DNA of 63,867 nucleotides, the filler included. It is 10 parts of 10 records of this genome, joined end to end, with 100 filler letters (N's around TTAATTAATTAA, not from the genome) between each part and the next. Parts side by side here need not be neighbours in the genome. Positions count along the whole stretch, not along the records: positions 1 to 10,891 come from SRR31147125_87398; 9 more parts are not named here. The stretch is one strand, 5' to 3'. Of the stretch, positions 1 through 10,768 are shown piece after piece. Position 1 is the stretch's first letter; each line of letters begins with the position of its first letter. Made by a program: the position numbers and the translations under genes. The notes under the pieces are model-generated. The model ran no database searches. It had not been told where the DNA came from and saw nothing but the letters and a program-made list of their open reading frames with translations.

Positions 1-27
1 TGCAGGAATCTTTGATTTTTTATCACA

Positions 28-53
28 ACATGTACGTACAATGAAGCGTACAA
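28..53. promoter_or_regulatory. AraR-type operator (TGTACGTACA at 31-40, degenerate second half-site at 42-53)
   Basis: Perfect palindrome TGTACGTACA is the core of the Firmicutes AraR box (ATTTGTACGTACAAAT). It lies about 65 bp upstream of an operon containing araA and araD. Confidence 0.75.
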
Positions 54-104
54 GACGAAAAGCCACAATTAAATAGTAAAAAATATGAATTAAATTAAGG
101 AAGG

Positions 105-1451
105 ATGGGCAATGAAATGAACAAAGTTGTTATTATTGGTGCTGGAAGTTCGATGTTTACAAAGAAACTTCTTGGCGATCTGCTCTCATTTGACGATATG
201 CAGCTCGACGAGTTTGCACTGGTGGACATCAACCTAGAGAAATTGTCGGTTATGGAAAAGGTCGCGCATAAGCTGTGCAAGCAGTTTGGCAAAGACGTTA
301 AAATAACCACCACAAACAAAAGAAGAGACGTGATGAAGGACGCCGGTTTTGTGATCAACACAATTGGCGTGGGCGGTGTGGAAGCTTACAGGCAGGATCT
401 TGAGATTCCCGATAAATATGGTCTGGATCAGTGTATTGCCGATATCATCGGCCCGGGCGGTATGTTCAGGGGGCTGCGTGCGTTTCCTGAGCTGCTGAGC
501 ATGTGCAGAGACATGGAGGAGCTTTGTCCAGATGCGTATTTCTTCAACTATACCAATCCGATGGCTGCACTGTGTCTAGCTCTGAACCAGATTACGAGCA
601 TTAAGATTTTTGGTTTCTGCCACAATGTGCAGAGCACCGCGCAGCAGCTGTCCAACTATTTACAGGTGGATGAGTCGCGCATATCCTACTGGGCTGCAGG
701 TATCAACCATATGGATTGGTTCCTACAGTATAAGGTCGACGGCAAGGATGCATATCCAAAGCTTTTTGAGATATCGCAGAACCGAGAGGATATCATTAAG
801 CTGGCCGACTACGAGCAGGATTATAAGAGCATGGGCGTGCGCCTGGTTGACCTTGTTCGGTTCAAGATCATGCACAATTTTGGCCGTTTTCCGTCGGAAT
901 CACCATTCCATATGGGTGAATACGTGCCGTATTTTAGAAAAAACAAAGAATTGATCGAAGAGTACCAGGTCTCCAATCGTTGGTGGTTTGCCCATGAAAT
1001 GGCGGCGGACGAATACTTTGAAATACTCAAAGGCATGCTTGATAAAGACCAAGATATCCCATGTGAGAAAACATTTGAATATGCGCCGGAGATTATCCAT
1101 GCATACATCACCGGCAAGCCATTCAGAGCCAACCTCAATGTTATGAACACTGGCCTGATCACAAATCTGCCCGATAACTGCGTGGTGGAAGTTCCGTGCT
1201 ATACCGACAGCGAAGGGATACATCCATGCTATGTGGGCGAGCTGCCTTATGCGCTGGCCGCACTCAACATGACAAATGTCAATATGCATATCGGCATGGC
1301 AAAAGCGATGGTCGAGAAAAAGACCCAGCTGATCTACGACGCAATCAAGATGGACCCGTTTACGGGCGCACAACTGACGCTGGATCAGATCGACGCGATG
1401 GTTGCCGAATTGGTTGAAGCAAACAAAAAATATCTGACCGACTTTAATTAA
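105..1451 (+). CDS. Family 4 glycoside hydrolase (MelA-like alpha-galactosidase group)
   Basis: Rossmann motif IIGAGS, GPGGMFRGLR, NYTNP, GFCHNVQ, AGINHM, and C-terminal VVEVPC / DAIKMDP. RBS AAGGAAGG. Confidence 0.9.
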   Translation: MGNEMNKVVIIGAGSSMFTKKLLGDLLSFDDMQLDEFALVDINLEKLSVMEKVAHKLCKQFGKDVKITTTNKRRDVMKDAGFVINTIGVGGVEAYRQDLEIPDKYGLDQCIADIIGPGGMFRGLRAFPELLSMCRDMEELCPDAYFFNYTNPMAALCLALNQITSIKIFGFCHNVQSTAQQLSNYLQVDESRISYWAAGINHMDWFLQYKVDGKDAYPKLFEISQNREDIIKLADYEQDYKSMGVRLVDLVRFKIMHNFGRFPSESPFHMGEYVPYFRKNKELIEEYQVSNRWWFAHEMAADEYFEILKGMLDKDQDIPCEKTFEYAPEIIHAYITGKPFRANLNVMNTGLITNLPDNCVVEVPCYTDSEGIHPCYVGELPYALAALNMTNVNMHIGMAKAMVEKKTQLIYDAIKMDPFTGAQLTLDQIDAMVAELVEANKKYLTDFN

Positions 1452-1582
1452 AGGTATCGGGTTAAATGTGAAACGGGTCATTGCCCCAAGGGTTTATCTG
1501 CAAAAGCTTTGCGGGCGTTATTCAATGATTTTAAATAGTTTCAATAAGGCGATAAGCCTTAAAAAAGAAGGAGGAAATACGT

Positions 1583-2800
1583 ATGAAAAAAATTCTGGTG
1601 ATGTTAATGGTTCTGGTACTCGCATTCGGCCTTGTGGCCTGTGGGTCCCAGGCAGATTCAAGTGACGGACAAGCAGGAAAAGACACGTCGGATCAGGACA
1701 CGACGACAGATGATGATGCGACGACAGATGACGACGCGACTGATGACGCCGAAGACGAGGATATTTTGATCGGCGTATCCATATGGAGCTCTACCGATGC
1801 ACTGGGCAGCCAGTGTAAGTGGATCATTGATGCGGCGGCCGATGCGCTGGGCGCTAAAACTATGTATGTTGATCAAAGCCACATTTCCGAACAGGTGACT
1901 GCTTCTGTTGAAACGCTGGCTGCAGCCGGATGCGATGGCATTATCATCTGCAACTCGTCTTCCGCTGAGATGACATCCGTCATCAATACATGCGACGAGT
2001 ACAGCATTTATGTATCGCAGTTCTTCCGCATCATTGACCCGGAAGACAACCCGGATGAGTATGCACTGGCATGTGATTCACCTTATTTCGTTGGCGCTGT
2101 TCATGAAGATGAGGTTGCCAACGGACAGAATCTTGTAAGGATCCTCTGCGAAAAGGGAAGCCGTAAAATTGCGCTTCAAGGATGGACTGCCGGTGACGCA
2201 ACATACCTCCTTAGGGAACAGGGCTACAAGGAAGGCGTTGAAGCATGGAACGAAGAGCACCCGGACGACCAGGTCGTTTTGCTTGATGTCCAGTACGGCG
2301 GCCATGCATCTGATACAGGCAGGGCGACAGCGGAAGCCATTATCTCGGCCAACCCCGACATTGACGCATTGATCGTGGCGGGCGGCGGCGGCGGCGCGCT
2401 TATTGGTGCCATAACGGCGATTGAAAGCCAAGGCCTGACCGACCAGATCAAAGTCGTGTCGACAGACTTCTTAGAAGACCTTGAAGAACGGCTTGAGAAC
2501 GGCTCGATTGCGGCTGAATCCGGCGGCCATTATGCAGACCCGCTGTTTGCGTTCATGATGACGTATCAGGCGATCAAAGGCGACCTTGAGAAACCGGAAG
2601 GCAGTTTCTGTGAAATTCTTTTCCCGTACCTGTACGTGGCTTCGCCTGAAGACTATGCAGCATACGATAAATACTTTGTTCAGGATCTGCCGTATACGTC
2701 CGAAGAGCTGGTAGAAATGGCCGGCTATAGTTTCCAGGAGCTTGCAGACTGCGCGGCGGCTCTGTCCATCGAAGATGTGCAGGAGCGGCACGGTGGCTGA
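1583..2800 (+). CDS. Sugar ABC transporter substrate-binding lipoprotein
   Basis: Lipobox LVAC, acidic linker, periplasmic-binding-protein type I fold motifs; upstream of permease and ATPase genes; RBS GGAGG. Confidence 0.85.
   Translation: MKKILVMLMVLVLAFGLVACGSQADSSDGQAGKDTSDQDTTTDDDATTDDDATDDAEDEDILIGVSIWSSTDALGSQCKWIIDAAADALGAKTMYVDQSHISEQVTASVETLAAAGCDGIIICNSSSAEMTSVINTCDEYSIYVSQFFRIIDPEDNPDEYALACDSPYFVGAVHEDEVANGQNLVRILCEKGSRKIALQGWTAGDATYLLREQGYKEGVEAWNEEHPDDQVVLLDVQYGGHASDTGRATAEAIISANPDIDALIVAGGGGGALIGAITAIESQGLTDQIKVVSTDFLEDLEERLENGSIAAESGGHYADPLFAFMMTYQAIKGDLEKPEGSFCEILFPYLYVASPEDYAAYDKYFVQDLPYTSEELVEMAGYSFQELADCAAALSIEDVQERHGG
1701..1750 (+). repeat. Imperfect 18-bp tandem repeat encoding TTDDDA in the SBP linker
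   Basis: acgacagatgatgatgcg / acgacagatgacgacgcg / actgatgacgcc. Confidence 0.7.
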
Positions 2801-2825
2801 AACTGACGAACTTTATGTGAACATG

Positions 2826-2850
2826 GGGGTTGGCCGTAACGGCCAGCCCC
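2826..2850 (+). other. Intercistronic stem-loop after the SBP gene (probable mRNA stabiliser)
   Basis: GGGGTTGGCCG-TAA-CGGCCAGCCCC with no U-tract; typical position for differential stabilisation of SBP mRNA. Confidence 0.55.
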
Positions 2851-2887
2851 AATCCATAACAAAGACGAAGTAGAGGGAAGATGTTTT

Positions 2888-3856
2888 ATGAATTTAAGTG
2901 ATCGGTTGCATAAACTCAGGACAAATAAAGCCTTTGGCCGGTATTACGGCTTTGCTTTATTGGTTATAATGGCCGTGGCTTTCTGGGGAATATTCAAGAT
3001 ACTTACACCCAGCAATTTCGGCAGCTTTGATAAAATGTATTTTTATTTGCAGTCAAGTATCATTTATTCTGTGGGAGCCTGTGGTTTTTATTTTATCATT
3101 GTCATGGGGCTTTTTGACTTCAGCATTGGAGCCAATGTTGTGCTGTCGGCCATTGTGGGTGTGGTATTATCCCAGCAGTTTGGTTATATCGGTCTGTTGG
3201 TCGGCTGTATTGTCTGCGGCACCATCATTGGTTTTTTGAACGGCTTGCTATATGTCAAGCTGAAGATACCGTCCATGATTGTGACGGTGGGGCTCATGCT
3301 CATCTATGAGAGCATCGCGTCTTTTGTGGCACAGGGTAAGGAACAATCGCTGGATAAAGCGTTGCAAGGGTTCGGCCATGCGCCGGGCAACATTATTTTG
3401 GCACTCGCTGCCTTCCTTGTGGCCAGCCTCGTTTTAAGATATACCCGAATCGGCACCTATTGTTATGCCATCGGAAGCAACGAATACGTGGCAAAAAACA
3501 TGGGTATCAACGTCAACAAATATAAGCTGCTGGGCTTTGTGCTGCTGCATCTTTTGGTCGGCGTTATGGCGATTCTTGTGGTCAGCTACGGGACGTCCAT
3601 GAGGGCGATCACGGGGATGGGCACGATGGAGCTTAACTTTACGCCGCTGATGGGCTGTTTTTTCGGGCTGGCATTCAGGAAATATAATTCGCCGATCATT
3701 GCGATCGTCATCGGTGAGTTTATCATTGCGCTCATTTTCAATGGATTTATCGCGCTTGGTGCGCCAACCACCATTCAGAATGTGATCACAGGTACTGCAT
3801 TGCTTCTGGTTGTGGCCTTAACGATAAAGCCGGTCAAGGGCGCTGTGATTAAGTGA
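2888..3856 (+). CDS. Sugar ABC transporter permease (RbsC/AraH family)
   Basis: Hydrophobic; FDFSIG, KIPSMIVT, YAIGSNE motifs. Confidence 0.9.
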   Translation: MNLSDRLHKLRTNKAFGRYYGFALLVIMAVAFWGIFKILTPSNFGSFDKMYFYLQSSIIYSVGACGFYFIIVMGLFDFSIGANVVLSAIVGVVLSQQFGYIGLLVGCIVCGTIIGFLNGLLYVKLKIPSMIVTVGLMLIYESIASFVAQGKEQSLDKALQGFGHAPGNIILALAAFLVASLVLRYTRIGTYCYAIGSNEYVAKNMGINVNKYKLLGFVLLHLLVGVMAILVVSYGTSMRAITGMGTMELNFTPLMGCFFGLAFRKYNSPIIAIVIGEFIIALIFNGFIALGAPTTIQNVITGTALLLVVALTIKPVKGAVIK

Positions 3857-3869
3857 GGAGGACAAGGAT

Positions 3870-5366
3870 ATGGCAGAAACAATATTACAAGCAGAAAATA
3901 TCAGTAAATCATTTGGCATAACCAGAGCTGTTAAAAATGTTTCGTTGTCATTTGACAAGGGTGAGATAAGAGGCCTTATCGGGGAAAATGGCTCGGGGAA
4001 ATCCACCTTCGTCTCCATGCTGTGCGGCATCCATGCGATCGATAACGGCAGATTCATTTTGGAAGGTGAGGAACTGAAAATAAAGAATCAGGTCGAAGCC
4101 AACAGGAACGGCATATCGATCATTGTGCAGGAAATCGGCACGCTGCCGGCACTGACGGTCGCGGAAAACATTTTTCTCGGAAACGAAGAAAGATTTGTTA
4201 AGTTTGGCATCAAGCATACAGCGGCGATGAACCGCGAAGCGGCAAAGCTGCTGCATGATTATGGATTTAACCGCATCAATGCAGCGAGCATGATCGATCA
4301 TTATAAATTTGAAGACAGAAAACTTATTGAAATCGTCAAAGCCACCTATTTTGCGCCGAAAATCGTTGTTATTGATGAAACGACGACGGCGTTAAGCCAG
4401 CATGGCCGCGAAGAGTTATATAAGCATATGAAGCGCATCAAAGACGAGGGTAATACCGTTATTTTTATCTCACATGATCTGACCGAGGTGATTGATCATA
4501 CAGATACGATATCTGTATTGCGGGACGGTGAATTGATCGACACCGTCAAGAGCTCAGAGGTCAGCGAGGACGACCTCAAACGCTTCATGGTTGGGCGCGA
4601 GCTTGGTAGCCATTATTATCGCACAGATTACGGCAAGTCGGTGTCAGATGAGGTTGTGATGTCGGTCGAGAACGTATCTGTGCCAGACGAGCTTGATGGG
4701 GTCAGTTTTCAGCTGCATAAAGGAGAGATACTGGGCTTTGGGGGCTTGAGCGAATGCGGCATGCATGAACTCGGCAAAGCCGTCTTCGGCGCGTCATACG
4801 ACCGCACCGGCAGCGTGACGTTGGCGGACGGCACCGAAATCGACGCTATTCCGAAGGCCATCAAACACAGTATCGCTTATGCATCCAAAGACCGTGACAA
4901 TGAATCACTCGTCTGCAACGATTCTATACGCGATAATATCAGTCTTCCATCCATCAGTGATCTGGAAAAGCATAAGATACTTTTTGCAAAAGACATGAAG
5001 GTATTTGCCAACAAGTACGCAGAGCTGATGAGCGTGAAGATGACGGGCATCGACCAGTTTGTTTCGGATCTTTCCGGCGGCAACAAACAGAAGGTGGTGC
5101 TGGCGCGCTGGATCGGCAAAGATTCCGACATCATCGTGCTGGATAGCCCCACGCGTGGTATCGACGTTAAGGTTAAGGCCGATATATACAGGCTGATGAG
5201 CGAGCTGAAAGAGAAGGGCAAGTCGATCATTATGATTTCCGAAGAAATACAGGAACTCTTGGGGATGAGTGATCGGATATTGATCATGAAAGACGGCAGG
5301 ATAAACGGCGAGCTGATCCGCGACGAGAAGCTCGGCGAAGAAGATCTTATTGCCAAAATGGTTTAA
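3870..5366 (+). CDS. Sugar ABC transporter ATP-binding protein (two NBDs)
   Basis: Walker A GENGSGKST, LSGGNKQKV signature, LDSPTRGID. Confidence 0.95.
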   Translation: MAETILQAENISKSFGITRAVKNVSLSFDKGEIRGLIGENGSGKSTFVSMLCGIHAIDNGRFILEGEELKIKNQVEANRNGISIIVQEIGTLPALTVAENIFLGNEERFVKFGIKHTAAMNREAAKLLHDYGFNRINAASMIDHYKFEDRKLIEIVKATYFAPKIVVIDETTTALSQHGREELYKHMKRIKDEGNTVIFISHDLTEVIDHTDTISVLRDGELIDTVKSSEVSEDDLKRFMVGRELGSHYYRTDYGKSVSDEVVMSVENVSVPDELDGVSFQLHKGEILGFGGLSECGMHELGKAVFGASYDRTGSVTLADGTEIDAIPKAIKHSIAYASKDRDNESLVCNDSIRDNISLPSISDLEKHKILFAKDMKVFANKYAELMSVKMTGIDQFVSDLSGGNKQKVVLARWIGKDSDIIVLDSPTRGIDVKVKADIYRLMSELKEKGKSIIMISEEIQELLGMSDRILIMKDGRINGELIRDEKLGEEDLIAKMV

Positions 5367-5379
5367 AGGAGTGGAATGA

Positions 5380-6351
5380 ATGTCAGATAAAGCATTAGAA
5401 GAAAAGAACACCAATTTGATGCAAAAGGTGAGAAACTGGCAGGGGTTCCGCACTCTGTTGCCGCTGATTGGGCTGATCGTCATTATTGTGATCTTTGCCT
5501 TCATGACCGATATGAGGATCGTTCAGGGCAGAAGCGTCAGTTTGATTTTGAGCCAGGTTTATGTGCTAATGATTGCGTCAACGGGCGTGTTTATGATCAT
5601 GACGGTGGGCGGGCTGGATCTTTCCCAGGGGTCTATTCTCGGCATTTCGTCGATCGTTGTTAGTTATTTGTCGTTTTACAGCTTACCGCTGGCGGTTCTC
5701 GCCGGTGTTGCTTCAGGCGCATTTGTCGGCGCTTTCAACGGTTTTTTCCATGTGAGATTCAAGATACCGTCGTTTATCGTCACGATTTGTACGATGTATC
5801 TGTTCCGTGGGTTATGTGCATATTTGACAACGAATTCGCCGGTCGCGGCCGTGTCGGGCATCACATCGCTTAACGAGACGTGGTTCAAGATACTCGTGAC
5901 GCTGGCTGTGCTGATCATCGCGGCGCTACTTTTTCGGTTTACGCGGCTTGGGATCACGCTGAAAGCCATCGGCGCCGGTGAAACGGCGGCCCGTTTCTCG
6001 GGGATCCGCACTGGCCGGGCAAAGTTCCTGGTGTTTATGGCTGCGGGTGCGATCACAGGTTTTGCAGCATTTATCAATGTGATCAAGGTCGGCTCGATCA
6101 CCGCCACGTCGGGGAACCAGCTTGAGATACAGATACTCATTGCGCTGGTTGTCGGCGGGTTGCCGATTTCGGGCGGGGCAAAAGTGAATTTTTCATGCAT
6201 TGTGGTTGGTACGCTGATCTATTGTGTGCTGAACAACGGCCTTGTTATGCTGGGGATCGACAGTGCACTGCAACAGCTCATAAAAGGTATCATATTCGTG
6301 ATCGTGGTGGCGCTGACGATCGACCGGAAGTCCAGCCGGGTCATTAAGTAA
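5380..6351 (+). CDS. Sugar ABC transporter permease
   Basis: GGLDLSQG, KIPSFIVT, AIGAGETAARFSG, GGLPISGG motifs. Confidence 0.9.
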   Translation: MSDKALEEKNTNLMQKVRNWQGFRTLLPLIGLIVIIVIFAFMTDMRIVQGRSVSLILSQVYVLMIASTGVFMIMTVGGLDLSQGSILGISSIVVSYLSFYSLPLAVLAGVASGAFVGAFNGFFHVRFKIPSFIVTICTMYLFRGLCAYLTTNSPVAAVSGITSLNETWFKILVTLAVLIIAALLFRFTRLGITLKAIGAGETAARFSGIRTGRAKFLVFMAAGAITGFAAFINVIKVGSITATSGNQLEIQILIALVVGGLPISGGAKVNFSCIVVGTLIYCVLNNGLVMLGIDSALQQLIKGIIFVIVVALTIDRKSSRVIK

Positions 6352-6450
6352 TCATGTTGCTGCTGATATGGGTGTATTATAAACTGGAAGCATATTGAGC
6401 TGGCCAGAGCGCATCAAAGCGCCTGATACAAACAAGGAGGAGCAAAGACG

Positions 6451-8042
6451 ATGCAAAAAGAGAGAAACAAGGTGAATGCAAGCGAAACATATCTTGGTAT
6501 TGAATTAGGGTCGACACGTATAAAAGCGGTGCTGATTGATGCAGACCATCAGCCGCTCGCGTCCGGCAGCCACACTTGGGAGAACCAGCTTGAAAACGGC
6601 TTATGGACATACGCGCTGGATGACATATGGAACGGGGTGCGCGACTGCTACGCAAAGCTGTGCGCCGATGTGCACCGCCAATACGGCATGCAGCTTGAAA
6701 CCGTCGGGGCGATCGGCGTATCCGCCATGATGCACGGCTATATGGCTTTTGACAAGGGCGGCACGCTGCTGGTGCCGTTTCGCATCTGGCGCAACACCAA
6801 CACAGGCGCGGCGTCTGAACAATTAACGACGCTTTTCGGGTTTAATGTCCGCATCGGTGGAGCATTGCGCACTTGTATCAGGCCATAATAGACGGCGAGG
6901 AACACGTCCCGGATATCGATTATCTCACAACGCTTGCAGGGTATATCCACTGGCAGCTGACCGGAGAGAAAGTGCTCGGCATCGGGGATGCATCCGGCAT
7001 GTTCCCGATCGATGACGCGACGCGTAGCTACGACGCGCACATGCAGCGGCAGTTTAACACGTTGGCCGCCGACAGGCAGCTACCGTGGACGATCAATCGC
7101 ATTATGCCCAAAGTTTTATCTGCTGGCGAGCCAGCCGGTGTTCTTTCGGCACAAGGCTCAAAGCGGCTCGATCCGACTGGCAGGCTCAAAGCGGGGATTC
7201 CGATGTGTCCGCCGGAAGGGGATGCAGGCACCGGGATGGTGGCCACCAACAGCGTGCGCCAACGGTCGGGCAACGTCAGTGCCGGCACAAGCGTGTTTGC
7301 AATGGTCGTGCTGGAAAACCCGTTGTCGAAGGTATATCCCGAGATCGACATGGTAACCACGCCGGTCGGCGATCCTGTGGCGATGGTGCACTGCAACAAC
7401 TTTTTGAGCGATATAGACGCGTGGGTCAATCTGCTGGGCGATGCCGCAGCGGCACTGGGGGCGCAGTTTGATATCGACACGCTCTACAGTACACTTTATA
7501 GCCTCGCGCTTGAGGGTGATGCGGATTGTGGCGGGTTAATGACGAGCAACTACATATCCGGCGAACCGATAACGGGCTTTAGCGATGGGTGCCCCCTCTT
7601 TATGCGCAGCGCCGAAGCAAGCCTTAGTCTGCCGAACTTCATGCGGGCGCATCTTTGTTCCGCTTGTGCCACGCTGAAGATCGGCATGGATATATTGTTT
7701 GAAGAACAGGTACAGATCGATGCGATCATTGGGCATGGCGGCTTCTTCAAGGTGCCGGGTGTCGGCCAGAGGATCATGGCGGCAGCGCTTGGCACATCGG
7801 TGAAAGTGATGGCGACCGCCAGTGAAGGCGGGCCGTGGGGCATGGCGATACTTGCGGCATATATGAACCGCGGCGGCGGCGTTTCGCTTGCGGATTATAT
7901 GTCTCAGCATGTGTTTGTCGATGCCGAATGTGCTGTTGTTCAGCCGCAGCCTGAAGAACAAGAGGGGATCGCGGCGTTTATGGCGCGGTATAAAGCCAGC
8001 CTTGCTGTTGAACAGGCAGCCGTTGACGCGCTGCATCATTGA
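6451..8042 (+). CDS. FGGY carbohydrate kinase (L-ribulokinase/xylulokinase type); frameshifted near 6850
   Basis: [40 protein letters not shown]. Adding one C at 6849-6850 restores [15 protein letters not shown] and joins ORFs 6451..6888 and 6873..8042. Confidence 0.88.
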
Positions 8043-8157
8043 TAGGCACCGAATAATGGACAGACGCAGGGAATGAATCGGTAATGTGACAATATTTATT
8101 CTTCACCTGAAAGGCATTAACAACACAACGACGAGTTAAAACGAAAAGGATAAGGGT

Positions 8158-9630
8158 ATGAAAAATTTAAAAGAATATGAATTTTGGTTTATTACTGGAT
8201 CTCAGCACCTATACGGCGAGGAAACATTGAAAAAGGCCGCAGCCCATTCAGAGCAAATGGTGCAAGGCATGGATTCACGCGTTTGCGGCAGGCTGTTGTA
8301 TAAAGGTGTGGTGAAGACACCGGATGAGATAACAGCGGTCATGAAAGATGCGAATTATGACGACAAATGTGCCGGCATCATCACGTGGATGCATACATTT
8401 TCGCCGTCTAAAATGTGGATCAATGGCCTCAAAATACTGAACAAACCACTGCTTCACCTGCATACCCAATATAACCGTGAAATTCCCGTCGATGAGATCG
8501 ATATGGATTTTATGAATCTCAACCAGTCGGCACACGGGGACAGGGAGCATGGGTTTATCGGCACAAGAATGCGTCTGAAAAGAAAAGTCGTTGCCGGGTA
8601 TTGGAAGGACAAAAAAGTGATCGACCAGCTGTCTGATTGGATGAGGAGCGCAGCGGGAATCATGGCAGGTGCTGATTTAAAAGTGGTCCGGTTTGCCGAT
8701 AATATGCGTGAAGTTGCTGTTACGGAAGGCGATAAGGTTGAGACTCAGATAAAATTAGGCTGGGCGATCAATTCTATGGGCGTCGGCGACTTGGTTGAAA
8801 TCGTCAACAAAGTGACAGATGATGAAGTTGAAAAGCTCTATGATAAGTGTAAGAGAAGATATAAAATCGTAACAGACAATATTAAGGCGATAAAATATCA
8901 GATAAAAATCGAAATCGCAATGAGAAAAATATGTGAAGAGCATGGGTTCGGTGCGATCGTTACGTGTTTTGAGGATCTGTGGGGTTTAGATCAGCTCCCG
9001 GGGCTTGCATGTCAGAGGTTGATGGAAGACGGATATGGTTTTGGCGCCGAAGGAGATTGGAAGACGGCGGCGCTGATGCGTGTGATGAAAATGATGGAAA
9101 CGGGGCTTTTGGGAGGCACGTCTTTTATTGAGGATTATACATATCATCTTGAAGAAGGAAACGAGTTGATTTTGGGATCGCATATGCTGGAAGTTGATCC
9201 GAGTATTGCGGAGGGAGATGTGCGGATAGACGTACAGCCGCTTGGCATAGGCAATAAATCTGATCCGGCGCGTATGGTGTTTGAAGGGCGTGCGGGTCAT
9301 GCGATCTTGGCCACATTGGTTGATATGGGTGGGAGAATGCGCTTGATAACAGCGGATATTGAAGCGGTTAGGCCCATACATGAAATGACAAAGCTGCCGG
9401 TGGCACGCGTCATGTGGAGACTGCTGCCGGATATTGAAACCGGAGCGAAGGCATGGATATATGCCGGGGGTGCACACCACAGTGTATTGAGCTATTCGCT
9501 GAATGCCGATATTATGCGAGACTATGCCGAAATGGCAGACATTGAGTTTGTTCATATAGGAAAGAATACGGATATTGAGACATTCAAGAAGGAACTGATG
9601 ATTTCCGATTTCAGGTGGAAGTTCAGATAG
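8158..9630 (+). CDS. araA: L-arabinose isomerase
   Basis: WFITGSQHLYG, WMHTFSPSKMW, MNLNQSAHGDRE, GFGAEGDWK, EDYTY, GSHMLEV, GGAHH. Confidence 0.97.
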   Translation: MKNLKEYEFWFITGSQHLYGEETLKKAAAHSEQMVQGMDSRVCGRLLYKGVVKTPDEITAVMKDANYDDKCAGIITWMHTFSPSKMWINGLKILNKPLLHLHTQYNREIPVDEIDMDFMNLNQSAHGDREHGFIGTRMRLKRKVVAGYWKDKKVIDQLSDWMRSAAGIMAGADLKVVRFADNMREVAVTEGDKVETQIKLGWAINSMGVGDLVEIVNKVTDDEVEKLYDKCKRRYKIVTDNIKAIKYQIKIEIAMRKICEEHGFGAIVTCFEDLWGLDQLPGLACQRLMEDGYGFGAEGDWKTAALMRVMKMMETGLLGGTSFIEDYTYHLEEGNELILGSHMLEVDPSIAEGDVRIDVQPLGIGNKSDPARMVFEGRAGHAILATLVDMGGRMRLITADIEAVRPIHEMTKLPVARVMWRLLPDIETGAKAWIYAGGAHHSVLSYSLNADIMRDYAEMADIEFVHIGKNTDIETFKKELMISDFRWKFR

Positions 9631-9659
9631 TACAACATTTTTAAGGAAAGGAGCCCAAT

Positions 9660-10757
9660 ATGTTAGCGGAGATTCGCATTAAAGAAGAAAGGCTAAAAGG
9701 CGTGATGGATAAGAACGGCCTTGATGCCATTGTCCTCACGAAGAAAGAGTCTTTTTCGTGGATAACAGGCGGCAAAGTGGATTATATTTATATGGCTTCT
9801 GAATTTGGCGTGGTTGATTTGCTGATAACCAAAGATAATAAATATTGCATTACCAGCAAATATGAAAGATATCGCATTATGGAGGAAGAGCTTGATGGCC
9901 TTGGTTATGAGGTTGTTGAGTACGATTGGTGGAATGGGGATCATGTTGATATCGTAAAAAAGGTGGCGGGCGAATTAAAACTCGGCAGCGACTGGGATAT
10001 GCCGGGTGCAGTCAACGTTTTTGAAGATATTAAAGAGATCAGGTATTCACTGCTGCCTGTTGAGATCGAACGATATAAAGAGGTATGCTATCAAAGCGCG
10101 TTGGCGGTTGAAGAAACATGTCGTCAAATTCAGTCTGGTTATACAGAGTATGAGGTTTGTGCAGAACTATTAAAAAATGCAATGGTGTACGGCATTGAAT
10201 CAACGGTGGCGCTGGTTGCGTCGGATGAGCGCATTTTTAAATACAGGCATCCCATTTCTACAGACAAGAAGATTAATAAGTATGTCTTGGTTGTGATATG
10301 TGGTAGAAAATATGGGTTGATCGCAAGCGTATCCCGATTTGTTCATTTTGGCGCGATTCCGCAGGAAATTTTTGATAAGCATAGAAAAGTCATCAAGGTC
10401 GATGCTGAGTACATTACGAATACGGTGCCCGGACGGAAGGTTTCGGATGTATTTAAAGCAGGCATGGCTGCATACAAAGAGGTAGGCTGCGATGGCGAAT
10501 GGCAGCTGCTGCATCAAGGCGGCCCGGCCGGCTACGGTGTCAGAGATTTTCACGGTACGCCTTATGTCAAAGGCATTGTTCAGAACAATCAGGGTTTTGC
10601 ATGGAATCCATCAATTACCGGCACAAAATCCGAAGATACAATTATCGTCAATGAGGCTGGGTTTGAGATCATTTCAAATACAGGAGAATGGCCGCTTGTT
10701 GATGTAAAAGCCAATGACGGAACGGTTATAGCGAGGCCGGATATACTAGTCAGGTGA
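9660..10757 (+). CDS. M24 (pita-bread) fold hydrolase, non-canonical HQGG/WNPS subfamily
   Basis: Creatinase-N-like N-terminus, [25 protein letters not shown]; several canonical metal ligands are replaced. Confidence 0.8.
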   Translation: MLAEIRIKEERLKGVMDKNGLDAIVLTKKESFSWITGGKVDYIYMASEFGVVDLLITKDNKYCITSKYERYRIMEEELDGLGYEVVEYDWWNGDHVDIVKKVAGELKLGSDWDMPGAVNVFEDIKEIRYSLLPVEIERYKEVCYQSALAVEETCRQIQSGYTEYEVCAELLKNAMVYGIESTVALVASDERIFKYRHPISTDKKINKYVLVVICGRKYGLIASVSRFVHFGAIPQEIFDKHRKVIKVDAEYITNTVPGRKVSDVFKAGMAAYKEVGCDGEWQLLHQGGPAGYGVRDFHGTPYVKGIVQNNQGFAWNPSITGTKSEDTIIVNEAGFEIISNTGEWPLVDVKANDGTVIARPDILVR

Positions 10758-10768
10758 GTGAGGAAAAA

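Noticed and set aside
6840-6890. Programmed ribosomal frameshifting or phase variation at split genes
   Set aside because: No slippery heptamers or long repeats; the same error pattern appears in unrelated organisms.
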